DNA of 64,000 nucleotides from Candidatus Babeliales bacterium (GTDB lineage: Bacteria > Babelota > Babeliae > Babelales > JANWKD01). This document shows positions 50,185 through 60,090 of the stretch, one piece after another (position 1 is the first letter of the stretch; the number at the start of each line of letters is the position of its first letter). The stretch spans positions 480,001-544,000 of the forward strand of contig CAVXJH010000006.1 in assembly GCA_963762115.1 (NCBI GenBank). Reading direction: 5' to 3'. A program made the position numbers and the translations under genes. The notes under the pieces are model-generated. The model was given only the letters and a program-made list of their open reading frames with translations, was not told the DNA's origin and did no database searches.

Positions 50185-50553
50185 TTAGTGATTTTGCCGG
50201 ATGGTGTTAACTATTTGTGTTGTTACTCTTTTAATTTCTTGAAAAGAAAATCGGTGTACAAGAAGATTGGTTGCGCAGCCACCAGCAAGAGCAATTAGGG
50301 TTGTTAGTAGATTTGTTCCAGGAGTGTTTTTCTTATGATGGCTAAAATTATAAACAATGACGGCAGCAACCAAAGTGCCACTGATAAATCCGGCAGTACT
50401 TTTTAATGCAGTCGTTTTCCAAGATTCTCGGGTAGTTTTTTGATCTATTTCTTCGTCAATACAGGTTAACTGCAGCGGTGCAGAAGTAGCCAAGAGTAAG
50501 AAAAATATAAAAAAGAGAGATTTTCTTCTATAAAACACAGTGTAACCTTCCAT
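50185..50553 (-). CDS. Hypothetical membrane protein
   Basis: Signal-like N-terminus plus two hydrophobic helices. Confidence 0.6.
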   Translation of the reverse strand: MEGYTVFYRRKSLFFIFFLLLATSAPLQLTCIDEEIDQKTTRESWKTTALKSTAGFISGTLVAAVIVYNFSHHKKNTPGTNLLTTLIALAGGCATNLLVHRFSFQEIKRVTTQIVNTIRQNH

Positions 50554-50742
50554 TACTGAGTGTATAAGTAGTTAGGAGTATAGCATAAAATTAAAAATAT
50601 TAATATTGTAAAAAATACTAATATTGTTAATTTTAAATAAGTATGCAATAATTTATTAGTAATTTATCTTCTTGCTTATTACGTAACTTTTAGCATTATT
50701 TCTATTATAATATTGTTTTAATTTTTCAGGATTATCTTTTTC

Positions 50743-52053
50743 ATGAATTCTTTATCTAAATTGTTGAGTTGGTTATTTTCCTTATTAATTGTCTGTCCGC
50801 TTTATTCTATGGAGAATAATCCAGGACAGTTGCCATTGGCATCGATATATTTGCTGCTTAATACGGCAGATCCTGGGGAAAACTACAAAATTTTTGATGC
50901 AGATGAGCATTATGTTGTATTTGATTCATTTATTGGCATCTTGCTTGGCAAGAAGAAAACGGCCAACAATGCTCTTTTTATTTCATATGGATTAAGTGCT
51001 TGCTTAAAAAAGGAATATGAAAAGTCTATTAACTATTTTAAGTCATTAGATATTAAAGATCCTCTTGAGCAAGTGGCTATTCAGCCTGTTGAAACATCAA
51101 CCTTTCATATTGCTGGTAGAAAAAGAAATGAACTTATCATTGAAAAGAAACTATTACCATTTACGGCTATTACTGAAACAAGTGGTGGTTTGGTGAGTAG
51201 AACAAATACAATGAAAACGGTTTTTTTGAAAAATTCAAATGATGAAGCCTTATCTCATTCAATACCTATTACAAATGATACTTATGAGGCGTATGTTTTA
51301 GGCAGAAATTCTAACCTTGGCATCGAAAAAGAATGTATTGATCGATTTAAAATTCTTTTGGCGCTTGCTCAGGGTTGGCAATGGCATGATACAAAAAAGG
51401 GTCTTTATTGTTTAATTCAAAATGGGAATGATGCATTTTTGCCAATTAACCAATTTGAACATGTTGATAATCCTTTTGTTCAAGAAAATAAAAATGATAC
51501 TAATGAATGGATTGAATCACTTGATGATATTTTTCCTATGCAGCATAACTATCGCTATGCGTATTATTTTAATGCTCATGGTTCGCCTGATGGTTCAGAA
51601 GCTGGTGAATTGCATTATGTACTCAGCATGCCGGAAACAAAGATCAGTGAGTTTTTTGCTTATCTTAACAGGCAACCGAATCTTGATCTTGTTATTATTG
51701 AATCATGTTTTGTCGATGGTGAAAAAGTATTAAATCTTGTTCGGCAATATCAACAAATAGATACTTTCAATTTTGCGATTCTTTCTGCAACAAGCAAAAC
51801 AGCGGAAGCTGTTTCATCACCGTCAATAGAGTTACAGCGATATTATCCGCAATGGTTAAAAATATTTGATTGTAATGAAAAGATGCTAACATGCGATACA
51901 TCACTTCGTGTGCGCATTGGAAAGTGTCATAAAAAAATTATTGAGAATCCGCAAGGAATTTCAGCAATGCAATTGTTCAGTAAAAAAAATAAACAGTTGG
52001 GGCATAAACAGAAACCGTTACTTCTTTTGTCAGGATCTTCTCAGCAAATATAA
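50743..52053 (+). CDS. Secreted protein with a caspase/CHAT-like (clan CD) His-Cys dyad
   Basis: LYS|ME; YYFNAHGS (His279) and LVIIESCF (Cys322). Confidence 0.6.
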   Translation: MNSLSKLLSWLFSLLIVCPLYSMENNPGQLPLASIYLLLNTADPGENYKIFDADEHYVVFDSFIGILLGKKKTANNALFISYGLSACLKKEYEKSINYFKSLDIKDPLEQVAIQPVETSTFHIAGRKRNELIIEKKLLPFTAITETSGGLVSRTNTMKTVFLKNSNDEALSHSIPITNDTYEAYVLGRNSNLGIEKECIDRFKILLALAQGWQWHDTKKGLYCLIQNGNDAFLPINQFEHVDNPFVQENKNDTNEWIESLDDIFPMQHNYRYAYYFNAHGSPDGSEAGELHYVLSMPETKISEFFAYLNRQPNLDLVIIESCFVDGEKVLNLVRQYQQIDTFNFAILSATSKTAEAVSSPSIELQRYYPQWLKIFDCNEKMLTCDTSLRVRIGKCHKKIIENPQGISAMQLFSKKNKQLGHKQKPLLLLSGSSQQI

Positions 52054-52176
52054 TATGGTAATTTTGATTAGAAATTTAAAAAAAATGAGAGCGCAGTAAG
52101 CTTGTGTTGTTTATGAAAAAATAGTAGCATTCTCAGGAAATCATTATTTTAATTAAAAATAAAGGAGACTTGATAC

Positions 52177-52716
52177 ATGAAATTTAAATTATTTCATATT
52201 TTTTCTTTGGCATTATGCGCTGTTTCTTATGCATATTCAATGGAGAATTTCGAAGAATTAACTGATCCAGAAAAACTTGTTTCTGAAATTAACCAAGTGC
52301 TCAATGCGGGTGGAACAACACAAAGAAATTATGGTTGTTGCGGCGAAAAAAATTTGAAAATCGCCGCGGCTCTTTATGCTCGTTATTATATTATTGGTCA
52401 ACAAGATGCTGCTTGTTGTTATGATACTGGAACGAAAGATTGTCTAAAAAGATGGGTACAAAAACAACCTTTTCATAGCTTTATAAATCGTCATATTCCT
52501 CCTACAGAACTTAATCAAATTTTTCAAGAACAATGTGCATGGGTTGAACAACAAACAGAAAAAAATGATATACAGCATTCACTGGGTTGGGTAGGACGCT
52601 TTAGTTGGGATTCTTTTGGGGATACACCTAGAGCAATAAAAATTCCAAAAGAACAGTGGAAAGAAAAACGTACAGCAGCTTTAGTAGAATTAAAAAGAGA
52701 ATTTACTAAAGAATAA
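52177..52716 (+). CDS. Secreted hypothetical protein
   Basis: AAGGAG RBS; AYS|ME; two CC pairs. Confidence 0.75.
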   Translation: MKFKLFHIFSLALCAVSYAYSMENFEELTDPEKLVSEINQVLNAGGTTQRNYGCCGEKNLKIAAALYARYYIIGQQDAACCYDTGTKDCLKRWVQKQPFHSFINRHIPPTELNQIFQEQCAWVEQQTEKNDIQHSLGWVGRFSWDSFGDTPRAIKIPKEQWKEKRTAALVELKREFTKE

Positions 52717-52743
52717 AAATATATAAAATACGTTGATTTTTTT

Positions 52744-52769
52744 GAGGGGATTTAATTCCCCTCTTTTTT
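52744..52769 (+). terminator. Intrinsic terminator
   Basis: gagggga/tcccctc stem plus T-run. Confidence 0.75.
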
Positions 52770-52802
52770 ATTCATGTAGCGTATGCGCATATAAGCGATA
52801 TA

Positions 52803-53537
52803 TCAACAAAACAATCTTAAATAGTCTTGCTGTGTTTCTTTTACCATCCTGGCAATTAATTCAATAAAATCTTGATCATTCACATGAGCTTTTTCTAATG
52901 CTTTTAAATAATCAGAGCGAAGGATTGGGGGAATAATGGTAATGGTGTAGCCGGCTTGCAAAAGAGCTAAATTCATCAGTAATCGTGCAACGCGGCCATT
53001 GCCATCAACAAAGGGATGTATAAAAACAAATTTTTTATGAACAAGGGCTGCAAATTCAACAGGATGAACGTTATTGCGAAGCTCATCAAGCTCATTAATG
53101 AGATCGTGCATGAGATTCGGAATTTCTTCCGGTGACGGTAATGCAAATTTTGAACCGGTTAAAAATACTTTTACTTTTCGATAGGTTCCGGCATTGTGCT
53201 CATCGATTCTGAAATAAAAGAGATGGTGTAATTTTTTGATAATTTCTTCAGTAATATCTTTGGTTTGAATGTTTTGTAGTAAGCAATCATAGGCATTAGA
53301 ATGTCCTACTGCTTCAAAGTGATCTTGTAATCGTTTTCCGCCAATAGTTATTCCTTCTTCTAGGACAACTTTTGTTTCAGTTTCGGTTAACGAATTGCCT
53401 TCAAGAGCATTGCTGGTGTAGGTAAGACCTATGCGATAATATTCTTTTATTTGTTGAAGGGTGAATGAATCAAATAATTTATTTTGATTATTGATTATAT
53501 TTTTTAAAGTATCAATTTGATTAAGGAGATTATTCAT
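52803..53537 (-). CDS. Fic domain protein, class II (N-terminal inhibitory helix)
   Basis: HPFVDGNGRVAR catalytic motif; SNALEGN inhibitory motif. Confidence 0.93.
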   Translation of the reverse strand: MNNLLNQIDTLKNIINNQNKLFDSFTLQQIKEYYRIGLTYTSNALEGNSLTETETKVVLEEGITIGGKRLQDHFEAVGHSNAYDCLLQNIQTKDITEEIIKKLHHLFYFRIDEHNAGTYRKVKVFLTGSKFALPSPEEIPNLMHDLINELDELRNNVHPVEFAALVHKKFVFIHPFVDGNGRVARLLMNLALLQAGYTITIIPPILRSDYLKALEKAHVNDQDFIELIARMVKETQQDYLRLFC

Positions 53538-53619
53538 ATGAAACCATTTTGTGATTAATGAAATTTGATATAAAGTGTGAATTTGATGCATATAATAAAC
53601 AATTTTGAAAGTAATTAAA

Positions 53620-53819
53620 ATAATCAGAATTGTCATTGCGAGGAGCATTGCGACGCGGCAACCCAGCTTATAAAATTCTATTTATTTCTTCATATAAAAT
53701 GGATTAAAAAATATTTATTAATTCAATAATTTTTAGCTTTTTTAAGGGTTTCATTTATTAGAACATTATAATCTGGGTTCCCACGGCACAACGTGCCTCG
53801 GAATGACAATTCTGATTAT
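53620..53819. repeat. RPE/REP-like bipartite palindrome, copy 3, with perfect 18-bp outer inverted repeats
   Basis: ataatcagaattgtcatt / aatgacaattctgattat; gcgaggagc..cgacgcggcaacccag and ctgggttcccacg..ctcggaatgaca. Confidence 0.8.
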
Positions 53820-53862
53820 ATTGTTTCTCTCGATATCAATAATACTGCATACAGAGTTACAA

Positions 53863-55170
53863 TTACTTTGTACTTTGAATTTTTTTATTAGTATAAGCAT
53901 ACATGCAAAGGCCAAAAGCAAGAATACAACTAAAAATGGCGAATGCTGTTATGCCATTAAGATAAAAGTTACGAATACAAGAAATAACAAAAAGCATGCA
54001 GCTGCCTAGTGCAGCATAAACAATCCATGGTTGAATGATGGTGTTATTATTCTTTTTATTATAAACAAGGAGACCGATAATACTTAACAAATAAGCAATT
54101 GAGCAACCAAGAACACTTATTTGTTGTAAAACTACAACAGTGCCTTGCGTGATGGCCAAATAAAAGAGGCAAAATAATGCTTCAATCAAAACGCATAATG
54201 TTGGAATGTAATGTGTGTTCAATTTTTGTAAATAATTGGCAAAAAAGGTGTGGTTGTTTTTTGCCAATGCATATAAGTTCCAATGATTGCTCAATAAAAT
54301 GCCATAACTGCCGCCCAGTGATGCACAAGCCAAAGCGATGTAAAGAAGAGAGATCAAATGAGTTGTAAGTGCTGGGTTGTTTGGCGCTAAAACTTGAAAG
54401 AGTGCTGGAAATATACCCATGAAATCTGTTTGTTGGAGTAAATTTTCACCTGCGGTAATAAAAAAGAGAAACTGATAAATAATGGTTACGGTGACGACGA
54501 TGGCATAAGAAATAAAAAGCACTCGCGGACCATTTACTTTTGCATTTTCTAAAGAACCACTTAATGAGCAACAGGCTTCAAATCCTGCAAAGGCAAAAAG
54601 CACTAAAGGAATGGTGGTAGGAATACCACTTAACAATAATGTTGAGTTTGCTATTGACCAATGCGAATAAAGATATAAGCAACTGCATATGGCAAAGAGG
54701 ATGGGTGTTATTTTAAAAACAATAAATGCATACATAATATTTTTGCCAGCTTTCATGTGCCACAGATTAAGCAAGGTGAATAGGCAAATAATAATCCCAT
54801 CAAGAACAAAAGGACTTAGGGTGATTGATGGTAATAATGAAATAAAAAGTGTTGAAAAAATATGGATGAGGAGTGCCGCAGAGGCAAGTTTCCCGGTAAA
54901 ATATGCCCATGCGCTAAAAAAACCTGAGAGTGGATTTATTGTTTGGGTTGCATAAGCATAAAATCCGCCGTCGGGAAAATAATGGAGTAATCGTGCCATA
55001 GATAGTATGAGAGGCAATAAGATTATGGCAACAATAAAATAACTTAAAAATCCAAAAAATCCTGACAATTTTGCCAGTGAAATTGTATTAACAAAAATAC
55101 CAGCACCAAACATAACATTTAAATTTATGAGAATTGCAGACCAAAAAGAGAGTTTGTGATGGTGTGACAT
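53863..55170 (-). CDS. APC family amino acid permease
   Basis: MFGAGIF, GGFYAY, FAFAGFE; about 12 TM helices. Confidence 0.9.
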   Translation of the reverse strand: MSHHHKLSFWSAILINLNVMFGAGIFVNTISLAKLSGFFGFLSYFIVAIILLPLILSMARLLHYFPDGGFYAYATQTINPLSGFFSAWAYFTGKLASAALLIHIFSTLFISLLPSITLSPFVLDGIIICLFTLLNLWHMKAGKNIMYAFIVFKITPILFAICSCLYLYSHWSIANSTLLLSGIPTTIPLVLFAFAGFEACCSLSGSLENAKVNGPRVLFISYAIVVTVTIIYQFLFFITAGENLLQQTDFMGIFPALFQVLAPNNPALTTHLISLLYIALACASLGGSYGILLSNHWNLYALAKNNHTFFANYLQKLNTHYIPTLCVLIEALFCLFYLAITQGTVVVLQQISVLGCSIAYLLSIIGLLVYNKKNNNTIIQPWIVYAALGSCMLFVISCIRNFYLNGITAFAIFSCILAFGLCMYAYTNKKIQSTK

Positions 55171-55207
55171 AATCTTTGTGCCTTAAGTTATCTATTTTTT
55201 GTGTGAT

Positions 55208-55951
55208 TTATGCATGCCATGCAAGGTAGAGTGCAATTGATCCTGCGATAGCAGCATTTAAACTTTCAACATTTCCTGGCATTTCTAACGTGAGTTTGTG
55301 GTCACATTGTTGTAAAATATCTTCAGGAATTCCGTGCGCTTCATTGCCTATAACAAATAGTGTATCAGAAAAATCAATTTCACTCGATTTTTTCCCCTCT
55401 TGTACTACTAAAGCGCACAAGGATAATCTTTTTTTCATGGTCAATAGTTCTTGCCAAGAAAGTTGAAAAATAGTAACCAATCCGATGCTGCCCGCGCAAG
55501 CTTGTATAACTTTTGGATGCCACGGATCAACACCTTCAACAAAAACCACTGTTTTTTTCCCCATGGCTGCGCAGGTTCTGATTAACGTGCCAGCATTTCC
55601 GGGGTCACTTAGCTGATAAAGAACGATTCCTTCTGAAAGCGTAGTGTTATCTGGTTGTGGTGGTATTGAAAAAACACCAAGTATGCCGCTTGGTGCGTGA
55701 CTGAGACTTATTTTTTTCATCACCTCATCAGAGACTTCAGTGATATATTCATCAGCACATAATGAAACTGCTTTTGGCAGCATGGTGTATGTTGCGTAAA
55801 GCATGATTGGTTTTATGCCAGATTCTAAAAGTGTTGAACAAACACGAGTTCCTTCGGCAATAAAGCGATTTTGTTCGTATCTGTTTTTTGCTTTTTCTAA
55901 AGCGGCAACGGCTTTAATCTCAGGATTTTGCAGTGAAATAATTTTTTTCAT
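55208..55951 (-). CDS. TrmH/SpoU family RNA 2'-O-methyltransferase
   Basis: DPGNAGTLIRT, IGNEAHG, ESLNAAIA. Confidence 0.93.
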   Translation of the reverse strand: MKKIISLQNPEIKAVAALEKAKNRYEQNRFIAEGTRVCSTLLESGIKPIMLYATYTMLPKAVSLCADEYITEVSDEVMKKISLSHAPSGILGVFSIPPQPDNTTLSEGIVLYQLSDPGNAGTLIRTCAAMGKKTVVFVEGVDPWHPKVIQACAGSIGLVTIFQLSWQELLTMKKRLSLCALVVQEGKKSSEIDFSDTLFVIGNEAHGIPEDILQQCDHKLTLEMPGNVESLNAAIAGSIALYLAWHA

Positions 55952-55957
55952 TATGAG

Positions 55958-56167
55958 TTAATTACCGAAATGTAAATTATCTTGACGACGCATATCATCT
56001 TTACCTGGTGTTCGAGGTAGTTGTGCATTTTTTTGTCTGTTATTAGCTTGTTCTTTTTTTTCGCTGGTGAATGGTGATTTTTTCGGTTCTTTGTTTTCTT
56101 GGTTCATAGCATTAAGTGTATGGTTTGCCAAAAATAAACCTAAACAAAATAATAGTGTTTTATTCAT
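55958..56167 (-). CDS. Small secreted disordered protein
   Basis: GGGGAG RBS; LNA|MN. Confidence 0.65.
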   Translation of the reverse strand: MNKTLLFCLGLFLANHTLNAMNQENKEPKKSPFTSEKKEQANNRQKNAQLPRTPGKDDMRRQDNLHFGN

Positions 56168-56227
56168 AGGATCTCCCCTTTGATTGTTTCTTTATATGAG
56201 ATTAACTATAGCAAAAAATTGTCTTTT

Positions 56228-57358
56228 TTATAGCTCATCTAATAAAATTTTCATTCTATAATTTGTCATTAATGTAATCATAAAATGGAGATTATGTATT
56301 GTGGCAAGAGAATAACCCGTTAGCTCATGAGCTTTATAAAGATGATGTAAATAAGCGAGCGAATGATTTTTGCATACAAAACAAGTACAATTTGGGTCAA
56401 TAGGGCCAAAATTGTTTTTATTAGCGCTATGGGTGATTTTTAAATTTCCTTGAGAAGTGAATAATAAACCATGACGAGCGCAGCGCGTTGGATGTGAGCT
56501 ATCAAAGGTATCAATACCCAGCGTCACGGCTTGATCTAAAGAAAGAAGATCGCCAATGCCCAGTAAATGATTTGGTTTCTCTTCAGGTAATAATGGCATA
56601 AGAGTTTTAAGCATAATGATCATTTCATCACGATTTTTACCCAAGCTGCCGCCAATTGCATGACCATCAAAAGGTAAAGTTGCCAAATATTCACAACTTT
56701 TTTTGCGCAACTCAGGATCAATGCCACCATGAATGACAGAATACATTGCCTGTTTGTTAGGGTTTTTTAAGTGATGTTCAAGAGAGCGTTTTTCCCAACG
56801 ATGGGTGCGATCTAATGATTTTTTTAACACTTGTTGATCAATATGATAGGGTGGCAATTCATCAAGAGGAATAATAATATCAGCACCAAGATCTTTTTGT
56901 GCATCAATTGATGATTCAGGGGTGAGCAATAAGGGGCTGCCATCACGGTATGAACGGAATAAAACGCCATCTTCAGAAATTTTTAGCACAGAGCCATCTT
57001 GTTTCTTGCTGCCACGACTTTTTAATTCATCATGCACGGTGCCATAGGCCAAACTAAACACTTGGAAACCGCCAGAATCGGTGATAATGGGTGATTTTCG
57101 TTGCATAAAAGTATGCAGTCCGCCGGCATCTTTAATTATTTTAGTGCCCGGTTGAACCATTAAATGATAGGTATTACAAAACATGAGCTGTAATCCAAGT
57201 TGATCAATCATAGTGCTATCAAGGGCTTTAAGGCTGGCATTGGTGCCAACAGCAACAAAATTTGGTGTGTCTATAATGCCATGGGGCGTGTGAATTCTAC
57301 CCACACGGGCGCGAGATTTTTTTGATTGATGTATGAGTTCAAAGTTAAAATAATTCAT
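56228..57358 (-). CDS. tgt: tRNA-guanine transglycosylase, Chlamydia-type
   Basis: CNTYHL, TDSGGFQ, HLLGIG, C.C..C..H zinc site; IHGG, GGSLG and DSS.PT variants. Confidence 0.96.
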   Translation of the reverse strand: MNYFNFELIHQSKKSRARVGRIHTPHGIIDTPNFVAVGTNASLKALDSTMIDQLGLQLMFCNTYHLMVQPGTKIIKDAGGLHTFMQRKSPIITDSGGFQVFSLAYGTVHDELKSRGSKKQDGSVLKISEDGVLFRSYRDGSPLLLTPESSIDAQKDLGADIIIPLDELPPYHIDQQVLKKSLDRTHRWEKRSLEHHLKNPNKQAMYSVIHGGIDPELRKKSCEYLATLPFDGHAIGGSLGKNRDEMIIMLKTLMPLLPEEKPNHLLGIGDLLSLDQAVTLGIDTFDSSHPTRCARHGLLFTSQGNLKITHSANKNNFGPIDPNCTCFVCKNHSLAYLHHLYKAHELTGYSLATIHNLHFMITLMTNYRMKILLDEL

Positions 57359-58029
57359 GAAGGTAAAGCCTGCGTTGAAGAAATAATTTTTTTAGAAAAC
57401 CACAAAAAAGGTGTTGCCATACTCAAAACGACTATTTTAATCAAATAGCTCAGAACAATAATATGAAAAATATGTTCAACTGAGCCATAAAGACCCAAAA
57501 AGCTAAAAAGAATAGTATCAAGTAATTGGCAAATTGCTACCGAACAGAAATTGCGCAGCAACAGCAAATGAGGAATACGCTGTTGCAAAAAAGCATAAAG
57601 TGCTGTTTCAAGGTGTTGTACAATAATATACGTAGTGAAAGAAGCAAGCATAATGCGGGGAATAATACCAAATATCGCCGTATAATGTTCATGGGTCATG
57701 TCATAGATGCTTGGGGTATAGAGCAGGTGAAATTGAGAAAGAATGGTGCATGTCATGCCGGCACCAAAACTTAACCAAATTGCCTTTTTAGTTATAGATC
57801 TGCCGAAGTATTCTTGCAAGAGATTGAGCCCTAGGCTGGCGCCTATGCTTAAACTATCAGTTGCGGTAACATGCAAGCCAAAAAGCACGATCTGTTTTGA
57901 AACAAAGATGTTTGCCAAGATGCAGATGAGGCATATAAAGCTTATAAGCGCTTCTTTGCCTAGGCGTAGTGCACCCAAAGCGGTAATGGCGATAAAACAG
58001 GTTTGTAATAAAAAAATTTGTTCATTCAT
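57355..58029 (-). CDS. yhhQ: Queuosine precursor transporter (YhhQ/VUT family)
   Basis: ANIFVSKQI, QEYFG, PRIMLAS, RN..S..Q.LDT..F; translationally coupled to tgt. Confidence 0.88.
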   Translation of the reverse strand: MNEQIFLLQTCFIAITALGALRLGKEALISFICLICILANIFVSKQIVLFGLHVTATDSLSIGASLGLNLLQEYFGRSITKKAIWLSFGAGMTCTILSQFHLLYTPSIYDMTHEHYTAIFGIIPRIMLASFTTYIIVQHLETALYAFLQQRIPHLLLLRNFCSVAICQLLDTILFSFLGLYGSVEHIFHIIVLSYLIKIVVLSMATPFLWFSKKIISSTQALPS

Positions 58030-58104
58030 AGTAATAAAAAATTGGTAATAAAAACTATATTCTTATTACTATTATAAACTATGCCCTTAAAATCGCTAGT
58101 TTTT

Positions 58105-59322
58105 TTAACTTAATGCATACCAGAGCTGCGTGAGTCTTTGGTGAAGTCCCTGCAACGCTTTTTGCAAATCCTCTCTTTGTTCAGGGGTTTCTTTTTTTTG
58201 TTCCCTTGTGGGTTCTTCTGTCTGTTGGGGGACAGGTTGATTTTTTTCACGTTCTTTTCTTGTTTTTTCTAGTTTTTCTTTTTCTTCTCTTATGCGAGCT
58301 TGCGATTTTAATCGTTCGGCTTCTCGTTGCTCTTGTTCAAGTTTTTGTTGTTGTTTTTGTTGTTCCTCAAACTTTTTTCCGATGGATGTTGTTGTTTTTG
58401 AGGGGAGTATTTTTTTTTCTGGGGCTTGTTCTTGGGATTCTTTTGTTTCCCATTTTTTACTATACTCTAATCCTAAATCTCTATATTTTTTGGCTAATTG
58501 TTTATCGATTGGATAAGCTTCTGAAGCGATATTTTGAATTAAGTTAAGAGTTTTTGTTAAAATTGGCTTATCAATAATAGTAAATACTTCAATCGCTTTA
58601 AGTAATCTATTTAATAACTCTATCTTTTTTTCCATATCATTTGTTTCATAAGCTTCATTAAGTGTTTTGTTTAACCACTTTTTTTGTTTTTTTGTAGTAA
58701 TTTGTTTACTTAATGTATCTCTTTGCGTTTTGTCTTTATAATCAAAATTGGTAAAAAATTCATTGGCCAGATTGAGCACGTTGTGTGCTTCATCCAATAA
58801 ATCGTTATCAAGATATTGGTTAGTGATGTTGTATATTACATCTAAAAATTTTTTTTTTATTTCATCAGAAGGCGTGTATTGCGTTAAGCTTATGAGTACG
58901 CTGATCAAAGTTCCTATTTTTTCTTCATATGTTTGTGATTCGTTAATACCGTTAAGTATTTCATTTAACTTTTTTTCTATTTCTTCAGGAGGAATTGTTT
59001 CAATTTTAACCGAGCCAAAGGTGTCATATTGTTGTCTTTTTTGTTCATCACTTAATGTTTCATAAGCGTCCGTAATTTCTTTGAATTTTTCTACGGCTTC
59101 TTCAGGATTGTCACCTTTGTATGTATCAGGATGCCATTGCCGTGCTAATCTGTAATATGCTTTTTTTATTTCTGCAGTTGTTGCATTTTTATTAACGTTT
59201 AAGGTTTTATAATATCCTTTGCTATCATTTGCTTCAAATTCTTTTTCTTCCATGCCAATAAGGCTAACATGTTGTGTTAATAACAAAAAAATAAGATAAA
59301 AAAATGATATTTCTGATTTCAT
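58105..59322 (-). CDS. Secreted J-domain protein (HPD intact)
   Basis: [44 protein letters not shown]. Confidence 0.88.
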   Translation of the reverse strand: MKSEISFFYLIFLLLTQHVSLIGMEEKEFEANDSKGYYKTLNVNKNATTAEIKKAYYRLARQWHPDTYKGDNPEEAVEKFKEITDAYETLSDEQKRQQYDTFGSVKIETIPPEEIEKKLNEILNGINESQTYEEKIGTLISVLISLTQYTPSDEIKKKFLDVIYNITNQYLDNDLLDEAHNVLNLANEFFTNFDYKDKTQRDTLSKQITTKKQKKWLNKTLNEAYETNDMEKKIELLNRLLKAIEVFTIIDKPILTKTLNLIQNIASEAYPIDKQLAKKYRDLGLEYSKKWETKESQEQAPEKKILPSKTTTSIGKKFEEQQKQQQKLEQEQREAERLKSQARIREEKEKLEKTRKEREKNQPVPQQTEEPTREQKKETPEQREDLQKALQGLHQRLTQLWYALS

Positions 59323-59429
59323 GCCAAGCTCCTTTATTAGAATTTTTTTGATTATAATCAAGGAGTCTAAAGAATAGCAACCCTTCGCGTTTATTACGTA
59401 ATTTTATGAAATTAAGCAATAAGGGATAT

Positions 59430-59471
59430 AAAAAAAAGAGTATCGAATGTACTTAGTATTCGATACTCTTT
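59430..59471 (-). terminator. Intrinsic terminator
   Basis: aaagagtatcgaat/attcgatactcttt stem with a T-run on the minus strand. Confidence 0.75.
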
Positions 59472-59499
59472 AAATATTGAATTTTAATAGGAATAACTA

Positions 59500-59721
59500 T
59501 TATTTTTCTTTTATGAGATCGTTCGCATTGGGTTTATTTACTATTGGCTTACTTGGATAATGTGAGCCATTTCTTGCGTGGTAGCCGAACATTTTTTCAG
59601 CGTCTTTTTCAAATTTTCTCGCTATGTAGTAATTATTATTAATTTTATTTTCCCCTTTTTCCATTGCCATACAATTTCCAATTGAGAAAATAATAGCTGC
59701 AGCATATAGATATTTTTGCAT
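59500..59721 (-). CDS. Small secreted protein
   Basis: Signal peptide CMA|ME. Confidence 0.65.
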   Translation of the reverse strand: MQKYLYAAAIIFSIGNCMAMEKGENKINNNYYIARKFEKDAEKMFGYHARNGSHYPSKPIVNKPNANDLIKEK

Positions 59722-59814
59722 GAAAATTCCCTATAAAGATACGTCTAGAAACAAATAAATTATTTTTTAGTTATTATAAATAATATTGTTAAAATTGCTA
59801 TTTTTTTATTTCTC

Positions 59815-59956
59815 TTATTTGAGGAGGGGATATTTTTTAAATCCGATGAGGCGGCATTCAGGTTGTGGTGTGATCTTGAAAGTATCATGTACTAATTGTT
59901 GCATTGTTTTTGCGACTGCAATAATATCAGCGCTCGTTGCTTGATTAGCAATAATA
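59815..59956 (-). pseudogene. Duplicated 3' fragment of murB
   Basis: Near copy of 61522-~61669, encoding ATSADIIAVAKTMQQLVHDTFKITPQPECRLIGFKKYPLLK*. Confidence 0.9.
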
Positions 59957-60090
59957 CATAGTAATAAAAAACTTTGCTCTTATTACTATTATAAACTATG
60001 CCCTTAAAATCGCTTGTTATTCTTAGGTCAATGCATACCAGAGCAGGGTAAGTCTTTGGTGCAGTTCTTGCAACGCTTTTTGCAAATGTT
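59957..60090. repeat. Direct repeat of ~58027-58170 (yhhQ start, upstream region and J-gene 3' end)
   Basis: catagtaataaaaaa and tcttattactattataaactatgcccttaaaatcgct occur in both places. Confidence 0.88.

Noticed and set aside
52803..53537. Fic protein as a secreted effector or toxin-antitoxin pair
   Set aside because: No signal peptide and no adjacent antitoxin; it is an ordinary auto-inhibited class II Fic.
53538..53648. Hydrophobic N-terminal extension of Fic
   Set aside because: It begins within palindromic repeat copy 3; ATG 53537 is the more plausible start.
58030..58104. preQ1 riboswitch upstream of yhhQ
   Set aside because: No recognisable preQ1 stem-loop with an A-rich tail; the region is AT-rich with a TATAAT box only.
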